64,000 nt of DNA from an uncultured virus (IMG/VR IMGVR_UViG_3300009164_003518) (IMGVR_UViG_3300009164_003518:1-64000); one strand, 5' to 3'. Counted from the stretch's first letter, positions 9,344 through 18,710 are shown. Notes: generated by a model not told the origin, from the sequence alone. Numbers and translations are program-made.

Positions 9344-9635
9344 AATAGTCTAATTGATCAATACTGTAGATGCTGAACTTAGGACCCTTTTCTTGAATTC
9401 GTTTTACAAATTCAGCTAACTCAGGCTCTTGTGTCTCATCAACTACAATATTTTTAAATTCGTGTTCGCTGTACTCTTTATATAGTCTATCTGAAGAACG
9501 CATTTGATCTTTTTTCATTATGCGTTGCCAAAGTGTTGTTTCACCTTGTTCAGCATTTTGAACATAGGTTAGTTCTTCTTCTCTTTGAGCTTCTGCTGCC
9601 CCTCTTCCTTGATCATGTAAGTTGTCTTTTTTTTT
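9309..9635 (-). CDS. -1 frame extension of the upstream membrane protein (includes track ORF 9309..9518)
   Basis: The reading frame is open from the A9 run (9627-9635): KKDNLHDQGRG..YVQNAEQGETTLWQRIMKKDQ.. Confidence 0.6.
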   Translation of the reverse strand, partial: KKKDNLHDQGRGAAEAQREEELTYVQNAEQGETTLWQRIMKKDQMRSSDRLYKEYSEHEFKNIVVDETQEPELAEFVKRIQEKGPKFSIYSIDQLDYFAQRIYELRKN

Positions 9636-10738
9636 AGATCTTCTGTAAGTTCAGGAAGAATTTGATAAGTTGATGAGTTCACTGTGAGATCCACAGTGTC
9701 AACTGTAGTAGGTTCAGTTTCTTCAACCTTGGGGGTAGCAGGAACAAATTCTACTACGGCAGTGACAGCGATATTCGGTGATTGAATTTCAATCGGTGTG
9801 TCAAGTTTTGCAACTATTGGATCTAAATTTTCAAAATGAGCAAATGGTTGATTCAAGTATGGATGTTTATCTAATACAGATTCGTCTGGTAAAACAGTTT
9901 CTTTGATCTGCTCAACCTGAGCGTCAGTTAACGGTCCATCGTCTGGCTCGTAAGTTGGCACTGGTACTACTTTTAGTTTTTCTTCTTTTAACCAGCCAAA
10001 CGTCATTTGAGCTGCCAATAGCATGATAACTGCCAAAGGATCAAATACAACCACAATTAAAATAATTACCCATGTAACGGCTTTTTCAAGAAGATTAGCA
10101 TCTGGGTTGTCACCGTAGACAAAAGCCGCGATGTATTTGATTGGTCCTACTTCGGCTTCTACTTTACGTACCTCAGCGGCAATAGGCGCCCTCTCTTCAG
10201 ATAGTTGACTAATAGTTTTCTGTTCGGCAGTGATCTCAGATTGGAGACGAGTACGTTCTTTTTGCTGTCCTCTTCGAATCGAAACTGCTTTGTCGGCACC
10301 CTTTTCATCTTGGCTTCGGCCCATGACTTGGTCCACAGCCTCATCCATCTGTTTAAGCGCCTTACGGTTCGCATCTATATTATCCTTTGCTGTCTTAATC
10401 TTTTCGTCATAGATGGCAATCTTACTTGTTACGTCGCCGCCGACTAAAGTTTGATCGGTATGTGCCTTACTTAAGAATCCAAAGATACCCATGCTGGTTA
10501 TAAACATTAGTACAATGATTGCAACCAACATGTAACTGCGTATAAAGTTAGGAGCTCGTTCCCAGTTAGCTTTAAGCCATGAAGCGCATACTAATTTTGC
10601 TATTTCTAAACTACCTCCCATAATATAGATAGGAATAGTTGCGGCTGCAAAAATAGCGGCCAAGCCAATAACACTATAATAGATGGCCACTCCGGAGATG
10701 ACAAGGCCAGTAAGGAGTAATAAAGACGCCAGTATCAT
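9569..10738 (-). CDS. Membrane protein with N-terminal TM helices, a coiled coil and a further TM helix
   Basis: Hydrophobic N-terminus, long heptad region, EVGPIKYIA..VVFDPLAV; an A AAA AAG site lies near the 3' end. Confidence 0.75.
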   Translation of the reverse strand: MILASLLLLTGLVISGVAIYYSVIGLAAIFAAATIPIYIMGGSLEIAKLVCASWLKANWERAPNFIRSYMLVAIIVLMFITSMGIFGFLSKAHTDQTLVGGDVTSKIAIYDEKIKTAKDNIDANRKALKQMDEAVDQVMGRSQDEKGADKAVSIRRGQQKERTRLQSEITAEQKTISQLSEERAPIAAEVRKVEAEVGPIKYIAAFVYGDNPDANLLEKAVTWVIILIVVVFDPLAVIMLLAAQMTFGWLKEEKLKVVPVPTYEPDDGPLTDAQVEQIKETVLPDESVLDKHPYLNQPFAHFENLDPIVAKLDTPIEIQSPNIAVTAVVEFVPATPKVEETEPTTVDTVDLTVNSSTYQILPELTEDLKKKTTYMIKEEGQQKLKEKKN

Positions 10739-10741
10739 TAA

Positions 10742-11365
10742 TTAAACAGTAGAAACTATTTCCGTTCCGTCTAAAATTTGAACAAAAACAGCATCATATA
10801 CATCGCCATCGGTATCAGGCCGTTGAATTGTAATTGATGACAGTACGCCTGCTGTTCCTACAGTGTCGTATGTATTCCATTTACGTGTATAGCCTGAGGT
10901 GCCGCCACGTTGAATACCTTGTGCTACAAGATAACGTATTGCTTTTGCTGTAGTGTCGATTGTAACAGCGGCACCTGTAGTAGGTGCAAATGTTGTAGCA
11001 ACTTTTTGAACTGCACCTAATACAAAATCATCTCTGTCATATTTTACAGTAAATGCAATGTTAGTAGGAACATTGTTAGCATCTGTTGCGCCGGCGCTGG
11101 TTACTTCTACATCAATAATTTGAGCATCACTATGCTTAGATAACTCTTCAATAATTGCTTGCCAGCGCATATTGCCACGACTTAATCGTAGTGAGTTTAC
11201 TTCAGATGAAGGTAATGTAGTGTAGCTATCCCAATTGTAGGGGTTTACTGCGCCATTAGCAGGTGCTGCCGCTGTCCATGTAGCAGTGCCACCGGTCATT
11301 GTAATTACCACACGATAAAAATCTGGTGATAGTTGGTTTGTGTCTTGTTGAAATCCTGAGGCCAT
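10742..11365 (-). CDS. Probable virion structural protein
   Basis: Thr/Ala-rich; TAAATA at 11391-11396. Confidence 0.5.
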   Translation of the reverse strand: MASGFQQDTNQLSPDFYRVVITMTGGTATWTAAAPANGAVNPYNWDSYTTLPSSEVNSLRLSRGNMRWQAIIEELSKHSDAQIIDVEVTSAGATDANNVPTNIAFTVKYDRDDFVLGAVQKVATTFAPTTGAAVTIDTTAKAIRYLVAQGIQRGGTSGYTRKWNTYDTVGTAGVLSSITIQRPDTDGDVYDAVFVQILDGTEIVSTV

Positions 11366-11386
11366 TTTTTAGCTTCCTATGTTATT

Positions 11387-11803
11387 CTAATATTTATCAA
11401 CAAAAGTCCAAGTCCTTCTATTAGTATTAAGACATGCGGTGTCTTGATAGCTATTAGCTTTGTCATTTATACGTATAAAACTATAAATTCTTCTACATAC
11501 TGTGCCGCTGGCTGGCCACGTATAAACAATTCTTACTTGTCCGTCTGCGTCGTCAATCATACTGCGCCATGTGACAGTTTCACCGTTGTCAAGATTATTT
11601 AGCGCATGATTAACGGCTTGTTTATGATTATCTAAATCTTGTTTAGATAATGATGTACCAAACCATTTGTTCATTACCCATGCAATGCCTACAGTTTGTG
11701 ATTCAAACGCAGGACTTTGTGCATATACAGGATTAAGGACTAACAGTAGGCACAATTTCCCAAGTACCGTCCCATTTTTTACACGCATAAGTACGTCTTT
11801 CAA
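11387..11803 (-). CDS. 17-kDa surface antigen (RT0821/Lpp0805)-like protein
   Basis: ALNNLDNGETVTW..G.V..YTWP..CRRI..TAC..W; start uncertain. Confidence 0.7.
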   Translation of the reverse strand: MKDVLMRVKNGTVLGKLCLLLVLNPVYAQSPAFESQTVGIAWVMNKWFGTSLSKQDLDNHKQAVNHALNNLDNGETVTWRSMIDDADGQVRIVYTWPASGTVCRRIYSFIRINDKANSYQDTACLNTNRRTWTFVDKY

Positions 11804-12050
11804 CTGTTTGTCCCCTTAAATTAGTAAGGTATCTAAATTCTCCGCAATCTGACGAGATTCCAGTTCGTGCCATAACTATTCGATCAACTGGGTCGTCGGA
11901 GCAGATAACAGTAGTTTTACTTGAAACATCACTGCCGTTATCTACTTCTACTATCTTCTTTGTATGACAAAATTGTCCTGCTACTTTTTTAGGTGATGAG
12001 CTACAGCCTGCGGCTGTAATTATCACTGCAAGAACAATTAGCCATTTCAT
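11733..12050 (-). CDS. Lipoprotein
   Basis: Lipobox AAGC; Cys-rich. Confidence 0.7.
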   Translation of the reverse strand: MKWLIVLAVIITAAGCSSSPKKVAGQFCHTKKIVEVDNGSDVSSKTTVICSDDPVDRIVMARTGISSDCGEFRYLTNLRGQTVERRTYACKKWDGTWEIVPTVSP

Positions 12051-12520
12051 TGCTTTCTCGCTTTAGATTCTGCAATAAGTTGATCAAATGTAGATTTAGG
12101 CATCTCAAGTCTAACAAATGTATAATGTTTCCCGCCCATGGTAAAATGTGCAGTTTCAGTACGCAGATGTTCGCGGATAGTAGTATCTTTTACCACATAC
12201 GAAATTCGAGTTCGTGTGGACTTTTTATCGTTTACAAAGTTAATCTCAGTTTCACTATTAACTTCACTGTTAATACGCTTGGCAAAGTTGTTCATCGCAA
12301 TAGCGTACATCTGTTCTTCGGCAGCCTGTGCATAAACACTTTCTCCACCGCCGCAGGCATTGGCAAATTCTTTCTTCCACCAAAACCAACCTTTAACTGA
12401 ACTCTGCTGGCATTCTGTATACCAATCTGGCATTGCATAGGCTTTGCGTTCTTCTACGGTCTTCATGCCTGAGCAGGCAGTTAGTGCGGCTATGATAGGA
12501 ATTAAAATAAACTTTTTCAT
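12047..12520 (-). CDS. Lipoprotein (LPP20-like)
   Basis: Lipobox LTAC; MPDWY..A..NFAKRINS. Confidence 0.7.
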   Translation of the reverse strand: MKKFILIPIIAALTACSGMKTVEERKAYAMPDWYTECQQSSVKGWFWWKKEFANACGGGESVYAQAAEEQMYAIAMNNFAKRINSEVNSETEINFVNDKKSTRTRISYVVKDTTIREHLRTETAHFTMGGKHYTFVRLEMPKSTFDQLIAESKARKQ

Positions 12521-12645
12521 TTTGCCATCTCCTGTGAGTGTGTTTTAATAGTGTCGACTCCTCGGTCAAGCATACGAGCAACGCCCGAGAATCCTACGGT
12601 AGCAAGTATTAGTCCAAAGACTGCGCCAATAACAAAGTTTTTCAT
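12517..12645 (-). CDS. Small membrane protein, 42 aa
   Basis: MKNFVIGAVFGLILATVGFSGVARMLDRGVDTIKTHSQEMAK*; ATGA overlap with the next gene; first gene after a promoter. Confidence 0.65.
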   Translation of the reverse strand: MKNFVIGAVFGLILATVGFSGVARMLDRGVDTIKTHSQEMAK

Positions 12646-12691
12646 ATTTGCCTTTCTGTGTGTGTGAAATTAAAAAGCCTCTGTAGCATGT

Positions 12692-12720
12692 ATTATACTA
12701 TCAGAGGCATTGTTAGTCAA
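12692..12720 (-). promoter_or_regulatory. sigma70 promoter overlapping a terminator-like hairpin
   Basis: TTGACT-17-TATAAT; GCCTCTG..CAGAGGC inverted repeat followed by a T run. Confidence 0.75.
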
Positions 12721-12730
12721 TGATATTTGG

Positions 12731-13033
12731 TTACTTAAAGAATATCAAAACCATCAATACGCTTTGGATGATAAATCCTACGCCAATTGTGATGACATTG
12801 AGCATATCCTTTTGGACTGCGGCTTTGACAAACATCAAAGTCAATCCTGTCCACATTAACAATATAATGTCTGCGCTGGGCATCTTATCAGTAAGCCCTG
12901 CCATCACAGCCAACAAACTTGGAATGGTTGCTGAATGGATTACAATTACTGCTAACCAACCCAAAGTTTCGGCAGATACATGGGCGACTTTTTCTCGCAC
13001 AAATGTTCTAACTGTTTCAACATTAAAATCCAT
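12731..13033 (-). CDS. Small integral membrane protein
   Basis: Three hydrophobic helices. Confidence 0.7.
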   Translation of the reverse strand: MDFNVETVRTFVREKVAHVSAETLGWLAVIVIHSATIPSLLAVMAGLTDKMPSADIILLMWTGLTLMFVKAAVQKDMLNVITIGVGFIIQSVLMVLIFFK

Positions 13034-13035
13034 GA

Positions 13036-13575
13036 TTATTCCTTATAAAAAATATGACGACCAATTTTACCAATTACTGGCTTACCCCAACCTGGATTAA
13101 CGTAGTCGGCATGATAGAACATGGCCTTCTTCATTGTGTCCAAACGGAATCCTTCTAATAGAACTTTTTTAGCAACTTCATAACTTTCATTATATGCTGC
13201 CGTGTTCTTAATAATTGCTTTGCCACCATTTAGGCAGTACCAGCTAAATTGGCAAACTACTTTTTCCATAAACACATTCTTTTGGTAAACAACGCCGCAG
13301 ACATCGCTGGGAAATTTTCCAGATGCTGCTCGATTCATTGTTACCTGTGCTACTGCTACTTTACCTTCGAAGGACTCATATCCTGCTTCGTGGTAAATGT
13401 TTTTGGCTAAACAATCTAATTGTCTTTCTCTATCTTTGGCTGTTATAATTTCTGTCGAAGCCATAGCTTCTAAATTTTCCAGAGACGAAAATTTCCTGGC
13501 TGTCACGGTTTGTATCAAACCTGCTATTAGAATGAAGCTAATAACAAAGATACTGAAACGTATCATTTTTTCCAT
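13036..13575 (-). CDS. Cell wall hydrolase, SleB/Hydrolase_2 family
   Basis: CLAKNIYHEA.YE..GKVAVAQVTMNR..CQFSW..FYHADYVNPGW..IGRHIFY. Confidence 0.93.
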   Translation of the reverse strand: MEKMIRFSIFVISFILIAGLIQTVTARKFSSLENLEAMASTEIITAKDRERQLDCLAKNIYHEAGYESFEGKVAVAQVTMNRAASGKFPSDVCGVVYQKNVFMEKVVCQFSWYCLNGGKAIIKNTAAYNESYEVAKKVLLEGFRLDTMKKAMFYHADYVNPGWGKPVIGKIGRHIFYKE

Positions 13576-13617
13576 AGTTTTCTCCTTAAGTAAGTAGTTA
13601 TCTCGAATAGATTCGAG

Positions 13618-14013
13618 TTATCTACGCATTTTGCTAATATCAATAGCTTCTTCGTCGCTAAACACCGGTACTGCATTGCTTTTATGCATTGTTGCAATAC
13701 CTTTAACTTTAGTTCCGGTATAGACCTTAGCTGGTGCTAATGTAGCAACACCATTATCCTGCCCTAAACTTTTAATATGGGTTGTTGTTCGGTTAGCAGG
13801 AATACTTAGCGAGTAATTCCCTGTTAAGGGTTCGGCGCACAATGCTCGCTTGCGCTTCTTTTCTTCAGCTTCTACTCCCCATCGTTTTTGAAGCTCTTTC
13901 CAATCTTTATCCAATTGCTCGCTTTTCCTTTTTGCTTCTGCGCTGGCAAATTTTACTTTACCTTTCTTCTTGCCTGTGGTACTGAGCCACGGGCCTTCTA
14001 AATGCATTGTCAT
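13618..14013 (-). CDS. Conserved phage hypothetical protein
   Basis: YTGTKVKGIATMHKSNAVPVF motif; has its own promoter. Confidence 0.7.
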   Translation of the reverse strand: MTMHLEGPWLSTTGKKKGKVKFASAEAKRKSEQLDKDWKELQKRWGVEAEEKKRKRALCAEPLTGNYSLSIPANRTTTHIKSLGQDNGVATLAPAKVYTGTKVKGIATMHKSNAVPVFSDEEAIDISKMRR

Positions 14014-14043
14014 ATTTTCACCAAAAGTTAAAACACAAGCTAT

Positions 14044-14072
14044 AGTATATAGCCTTGTTCGACTTCTGTCAA
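14044..14072 (-). promoter_or_regulatory. sigma70 promoter
   Basis: TTGACA-17-TATACT. Confidence 0.8.
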
Positions 14073-14393
14073 CTAAAACGAGTTAGCTACCATTTCGAGC
14101 AATTCTTCATGCTCGAAATATGCATATTCTGGATTAAATTCATAAATGCCATCTTCTATGCTTTGCCAGTTTTCTATGCCTAAGATTTCAAAAATCTCAT
14201 GCTTGCTTAACGGTTCGTCTCGCATATGGCTAACCCAGGCAGCTGTCATCACAGCACAGGCAAATACAACACGATCGCTGTAGACATCATTGGCTTCACA
14301 CCATTCAACTGTGCGTCGAAGATAATACTCTATATCTTCAATTCTGTGTTCTAATTGAGAAATCCAAAGTTTAGTTTGATTTCTTGACCACAT
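14073..14393 (-). CDS. Hypothetical protein
   Basis: Likely start MWSRNQ, just after the iscA stop. Confidence 0.6.
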   Translation of the reverse strand: MWSRNQTKLWISQLEHRIEDIEYYLRRTVEWCEANDVYSDRVVFACAVMTAAWVSHMRDEPLSKHEIFEILGIENWQSIEDGIYEFNPEYAYFEHEELLEMVANSF

Positions 14394-14394
14394 A

Positions 14395-14721
14395 TTATAT
14401 CCTAAAAGATTCGCCGCACCCGCAACGGTCACGCTCATTTGGGTTTGAAAAGTCGAATCCTTCGTTGAGTCCTTCACGGACCCAATCCATGGTTATTCCA
14501 GTTAAGTAAACTAAACTTTTAGCATCTATTAATACTACAAAGTCTTTTTGAGCAAAGTTAGTAACACCTTCTTCATATTTGTACTCGTCAACATATTCTA
14601 AGGTATAGGCTAAGCCGCTACAGCCAGTAGTTCTTACACCGACACGGATGCCTACGCCTTTGCCACGGCGCTCTAACGTTTGCTTAATCTTTTTATACGC
14701 TGTGTCGGTTACGGTAATCAT
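14395..14721 (-). CDS. iscA: Fe-S cluster assembly protein IscA
   Basis: GVRTTGCSGLAY..F.NPN..CGCGESF. Confidence 0.96.
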   Translation of the reverse strand: MITVTDTAYKKIKQTLERRGKGVGIRVGVRTTGCSGLAYTLEYVDEYKYEEGVTNFAQKDFVVLIDAKSLVYLTGITMDWVREGLNEGFDFSNPNERDRCGCGESFRI

Positions 14722-15079
14722 TTACGGCTGCTTTGATAGCATCTTCTGCTAAAATTGAACAATGTATCTTAACCGGCGGCAGGGCTAATTCTTCGGCAAT
14801 TTCGGAGTTTTTAATTTCTCCGGCTTTATCGATGTGCATTCCTTTGACCCACTCTGTAATGAGGCTCGAACTCGCGATAGCCGATCCGCAGCCATACGTT
14901 TTAAATTTCGCATCTGTAATAATACCTGTATCATGATCCACCTTTATCTGTAGCTTCATTACGTCGCCACAAGCAGGTGCGCCAACCATACCAGTACCAA
15001 TATCAGGATCACCCTTGTCAAAAGATCCGACATTACGAGGGTTTTCGTAGTGGTCTATCACCTTATTGCTGTATGCCAT
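14693..15079 (-). CDS. iscU: Fe-S scaffold IscU
   Basis: YSNKVIDHYENPRNVG, APACGDVM, YGCGSAIAS, LPPVKIHCS. Confidence 0.98.
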   Translation of the reverse strand: MAYSNKVIDHYENPRNVGSFDKGDPDIGTGMVGAPACGDVMKLQIKVDHDTGIITDAKFKTYGCGSAIASSSLITEWVKGMHIDKAGEIKNSEIAEELALPPVKIHCSILAEDAIKAAVNDYRNRHSV

Positions 15080-15133
15080 TTTTGTTACTCACTAAATATA
15101 AAGTATTTATAACCCCGATTGCATATATTCTTA

Positions 15134-15739
15134 TTAAACGTAAATAACGTAGTCTGGATATTTTTGTATACTATCTGTTAATACAGATGCTAAAGATTCT
15201 TTAATCAATCCTTGATACATAATTAATTGTTTGCTGTGGCCTGGATTAAAGTCTGTAGCATGTTTTACTCTTAGATCATGATACCACCAAGTATTAGTCT
15301 CTTCCGGTAATTTTAGATAGTGCTTATTACTATTACTATCTTCATACCACCAAGTTTGCGTTGGATTAGTATCAATTAGTATACTTCTTATTGAATTGAA
15401 TTCAGTGCTCGCTGCAAAATCATGATGAGCACCGACCGTATTAACACTTTGCAACACTCGAACTACATGAACTTCCATGGGAAGTTTATCTAAGTTATCA
15501 AATAACAACGGAAATAATTCAGGACAGTTCACATTGTTACATGTGTACGGCATGATATCACCTGGATCTATACCTGTTTTAACGTAGATATCGAATCCTT
15601 TCCAATAAACTTGTCTTGCGTTTTTTGTCCGTGATGACTTGGTAACAAATTTTTTATTTTGATCCCATACTTTATTCCATACTTCCCAGTCTTTAGGCTG
15701 GACTTTGGGGAAAATTAATGGAACTGATACTGGAATCAT
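15134..15739 (-). CDS. Possible 2OG-Fe(II) oxygenase (Asp/Asn beta-hydroxylase-like)
   Basis: HHD..WWY....KH facial-triad-like pattern. Confidence 0.45.
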   Translation of the reverse strand: MIPVSVPLIFPKVQPKDWEVWNKVWDQNKKFVTKSSRTKNARQVYWKGFDIYVKTGIDPGDIMPYTCNNVNCPELFPLLFDNLDKLPMEVHVVRVLQSVNTVGAHHDFAASTEFNSIRSILIDTNPTQTWWYEDSNSNKHYLKLPEETNTWWYHDLRVKHATDFNPGHSKQLIMYQGLIKESLASVLTDSIQKYPDYVIYV

Positions 15740-15772
15740 ATTCTACCCCTGTATTAGTAGGGGCCCTTTGAT

Positions 15773-15973
15773 TTATTTCTTGTCTGCAGGCTTACGTTCG
15801 TTTTTAACTGCGGTAACATCGTTACGAGTTTCTTTGCACAACTTAGCCAAATCTTGGCAATGTTTACGAACACGGGTGCCGGCAGCGCCAACTTCCTTGT
15901 CATAGAACTTTTCGAAGTCTGCCTCCATGGCCTCTACGATTTTTGTGAACTCTTGATATTTGTTTGCTGACAT
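15773..15973 (-). CDS. Histone H1-like (Hc1 family) protein
   Basis: EADFEKFYDKEVGAAGTRVRK..DLAKLCKETR. Confidence 0.75.
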   Translation of the reverse strand: MSANKYQEFTKIVEAMEADFEKFYDKEVGAAGTRVRKHCQDLAKLCKETRNDVTAVKNERKPADKK

Positions 15974-16000
15974 AATAGTCTCCTTTTGTTATATTAGTTA

Positions 16001-16192
16001 TTACCAGTGATGTAATGTGTTTGCAATAATGAAACAACATGTTATCACATGTATGATCACCCAGAACGTCTTTAAAAACAACGCTATACGTGCTTCTCTT
16101 AAAGAAAGTATAGGTATATCCGGACGATCTTCGTCTGTTTGGCCCATTAAATGACCTGTTGCTCTTGCCCAAACTTTCTCTAAACTATTCAT
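16001..16192 (-). CDS. Small membrane protein
   Basis: C-terminal TM helix; ATGA overlap with the upstream gene. Confidence 0.65.
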   Translation of the reverse strand: MNSLEKVWARATGHLMGQTDEDRPDIPILSLREARIALFLKTFWVIIHVITCCFIIANTLHHW

Positions 16193-16686
16193 AGTATAGG
16201 AAATTGTCCGTCAAGCCAGGCTTTGCAGTCTGACCAATTTTTATAAATGTGTGATTTTCCACCAGCTTCGATCCATTCTCGACAATTAGAGTGTCTATCG
16301 TCAATTAGGATATCTTCAGGACTTTTGCAGTATCGCCACTTGTCGTGACTAAATGGTCCAAAGAACACTGGAATACCGGGAAAGTGAGAATTTGCCCACC
16401 ACACTTTATCCTGTGCCGCAAATGGCATTGAGTAATCATGTGGTAATGCTGTTAAGAAATATAGTCCACATCCTGTCTTAGCATGATGTGTTCTACACCA
16501 ATTAACTAATTCAGTAGCGCCGGCCATCAACGGCAAGTTACGATAGAAACGCATGTCGTCTTTAACTTTATCCCATTGTTCTTGTGGAATACGATCACCA
16601 TCTTTGTTCCATCGTAGTTTAAGAACTTGTTGTGCGTGGGCATGCCAATCAGCAACAACATCGTCCATGTCTAAATAAATGTTCAT
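16189..16686 (-). CDS. 5'(3')-deoxyribonucleotidase, HAD family
   Basis: IYLDMDDVVADW, FLTALP, DKVWW, ILIDDR..W..AGG. Confidence 0.88.
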   Translation of the reverse strand: MNIYLDMDDVVADWHAHAQQVLKLRWNKDGDRIPQEQWDKVKDDMRFYRNLPLMAGATELVNWCRTHHAKTGCGLYFLTALPHDYSMPFAAQDKVWWANSHFPGIPVFFGPFSHDKWRYCKSPEDILIDDRHSNCREWIEAGGKSHIYKNWSDCKAWLDGQFPIL

Positions 16687-16722
16687 GTAAACATTATGCT
16701 TTCATCTGATAAAAAGATCAAG

Positions 16723-17028
16723 TTAATTGGCAAACACGTCCGGTGAACCAGCAGTAATTGCACCGCTGTCAGTTGAGTCGCCTACTCGTGCAACTGCAAT
16801 GTTACCAACAAACACACTGCCTGAGCCAGCGTTAATTGCGGCAGAATGTGCAACACATCGTCTTCCACTTTTAATAGTATGAGCTGCTGTAGGATTTCCT
16901 ACACATTCAACTGGAATACCATTGGCAAAGACATTAGCGCCTGCACCTGTTGGTCCTGTAACCGTAGTAGAACCGTCACAGCTATGTCCTGTAGTTGTTG
17001 GGTCTCCGTCTCTGGCTATTGCTGGCAT
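16723..17028 (-). CDS. PAAR spike-tip protein
   Basis: MPAIARDGD..GH.C..VFANGIP..H..ARVGD..GSPDVF. Confidence 0.93.
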   Translation of the reverse strand: MPAIARDGDPTTTGHSCDGSTTVTGPTGAGANVFANGIPVECVGNPTAAHTIKSGRRCVAHSAAINAGSGSVFVGNIAVARVGDSTDSGAITAGSPDVFAN

Positions 17029-17033
17029 ATTGA

Positions 17034-17348
17034 TTAGGTAATTATACTGCCTGCTGATACTGGTTGAATACCAGTTGTTTGAAACAAGTACTGTTCAGCA
17101 ATTTCTTTTACGGTTGTTCCACTTAGCATCACGGCTGCTTTATTTATAGTATAGTCAGCTTCCGGAGTAACTGTCATCATCACTGGTGCCATGGCCGGAC
17201 CGTTTTTAGTCATAGCCAGCATAACCGGCCTTGCTATAGTGAAACTGGTCATGTCTTCTTTGACATATTTTCCAATGAGTTCATCGCCGGTGATTATTTT
17301 TAAACTTACGATATCACCTGCATCAAATTTTGATTTTTCTAATAGCAT
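17034..17348 (-). CDS. Hypothetical Sm-like-fold protein
   Basis: GDIVSLKIITGDELIGK..YLFQTTGI; likely start MLLEK. Confidence 0.6.
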   Translation of the reverse strand: MLLEKSKFDAGDIVSLKIITGDELIGKYVKEDMTSFTIARPVMLAMTKNGPAMAPVMMTVTPEADYTINKAAVMLSGTTVKEIAEQYLFQTTGIQPVSAGSIIT

Positions 17349-17349
17349 A

Positions 17350-17592
17350 TTAACCTTTAAGTGTGTTAAAAAATTCTTCGTCTTTATCAGCAAGGCCTTG
17401 AAAGCCTCCGGGCAATAGCACGCCGTCTTTAAAAATTTGTGGAACTGAGCGTAGTCCTTGATCTACTAAAAACTCTCGGGCACCAGGTTCATCTTCCATT
17501 TTAATTACAGTAAATGGAATTTCTTTGCTTTCTAATAGTGCTTTTGTTCTGTCGCAAAATGGACAGTTATTTTTTGAATATACAGTTATCAT
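17350..17592 (-). CDS. grx: Glutaredoxin
   Basis: CPFC, RSVPQIF, GGF. Confidence 0.95.
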   Translation of the reverse strand: MITVYSKNNCPFCDRTKALLESKEIPFTVIKMEDEPGAREFLVDQGLRSVPQIFKDGVLLPGGFQGLADKDEEFFNTLKG

Positions 17593-17609
17593 ATGATCTC
17601 CTTGTTAGA

Positions 17610-18710
17610 TTATAACACAGGCAGTGCATCATAGTCAAGTGTTTCACTCATGATACCAATTACATAGTTTGTACTTTCGTTCTCTTGCAATGCTGTCTGC
17701 TTCTTGCTGGTATCGACGTGCTTGTTAAACCAGGGAATAGGAGTTGACTTAGGAGCACTGGTTTGATACTTGATACCAATATCTTTTAACGCACCGACTG
17801 CTGTGTAGTCAACAAAGTCACGTAAGATGTTTGCGTTGAGTCCAATAACTGGACCCATCTTAAACAAGTAAGTAGCCCATTCTTTTTCTTCACGGATAAC
17901 ATCTATGTACAATGCATACACTTCTGCTTCACATTCTTGTTTAGCTTCGGCAAAGCGAGGGTCTTCTTTGATTACTTGATTGATCAAATACGCTGTCCAG
18001 CCTTTGTGTAGCAATTCATCTTGTAGGATCAAGCTGATGATGTTACCGTTGCCCATGAATATCTTATTCTCTACCATGGCCAATGAAGTTGCAAATGATA
18101 CCATAAAGCGGAATGCTTCCAGCGCATAACTTGCATGTAACGCTAACCAGATTGCTTTGATATATTCCTTTTCAGGTATAACTTCGCCAAGTTCTTTACG
18201 ACAGTTGATAACGTGTAGTTTGTCATAGTAGTTGCCTACTGAACTGGCCATGTCTACAATTTCTTTAGTGTCGTGAATAGTGTTAAACACATCCTTAGGC
18301 ACATTGTAGATATTTCTAATTATATGACTGTAGCTTTTGCTGTGGATGTTGGTCTCGAAGAAACCCCAATTGTACATGAGTGCTTCTACTTCGGGGAGAC
18401 TACACACAGGAGTGAATACCTGTGTTGGTCCACGACCTTGCAAACTATCAAGTGCTGTTTGACGTAGCAAGTTACTGGTGAAGATATGCTTGACTGCTTC
18501 ACTTGCATCTTTAAAATCGTTTGAATCTTTAGTAAGACTGATCTCTTCTGGTTGCCAAAAGAAACCACGTGCTGTGGCTTCAAAGTCAGCAATTTTTTTG
18601 TATTTGATTTCTTCAAAGCGTTGAATGGTAACTGGGCCTGCTGGGTCCAAAAACATCTTACGATTTAAATAATCTGTTTTAGTTGTTAGATTATATTGTT
18701 GTTTACTCAT
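17610..18710 (-). CDS. nrdB: Ribonucleotide reductase class Ia beta subunit
   Basis: FWQPEEI, QTALDSLQGR, ETNIHSKSYSHI, EAFRFMVSF, DELLH, QENE..Y. Confidence 0.97.
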   Translation of the reverse strand: MSKQQYNLTTKTDYLNRKMFLDPAGPVTIQRFEEIKYKKIADFEATARGFFWQPEEISLTKDSNDFKDASEAVKHIFTSNLLRQTALDSLQGRGPTQVFTPVCSLPEVEALMYNWGFFETNIHSKSYSHIIRNIYNVPKDVFNTIHDTKEIVDMASSVGNYYDKLHVINCRKELGEVIPEKEYIKAIWLALHASYALEAFRFMVSFATSLAMVENKIFMGNGNIISLILQDELLHKGWTAYLINQVIKEDPRFAEAKQECEAEVYALYIDVIREEKEWATYLFKMGPVIGLNANILRDFVDYTAVGALKDIGIKYQTSAPKSTPIPWFNKHVDTSKKQTALQENESTNYVIGIMSETLDYDALPVL

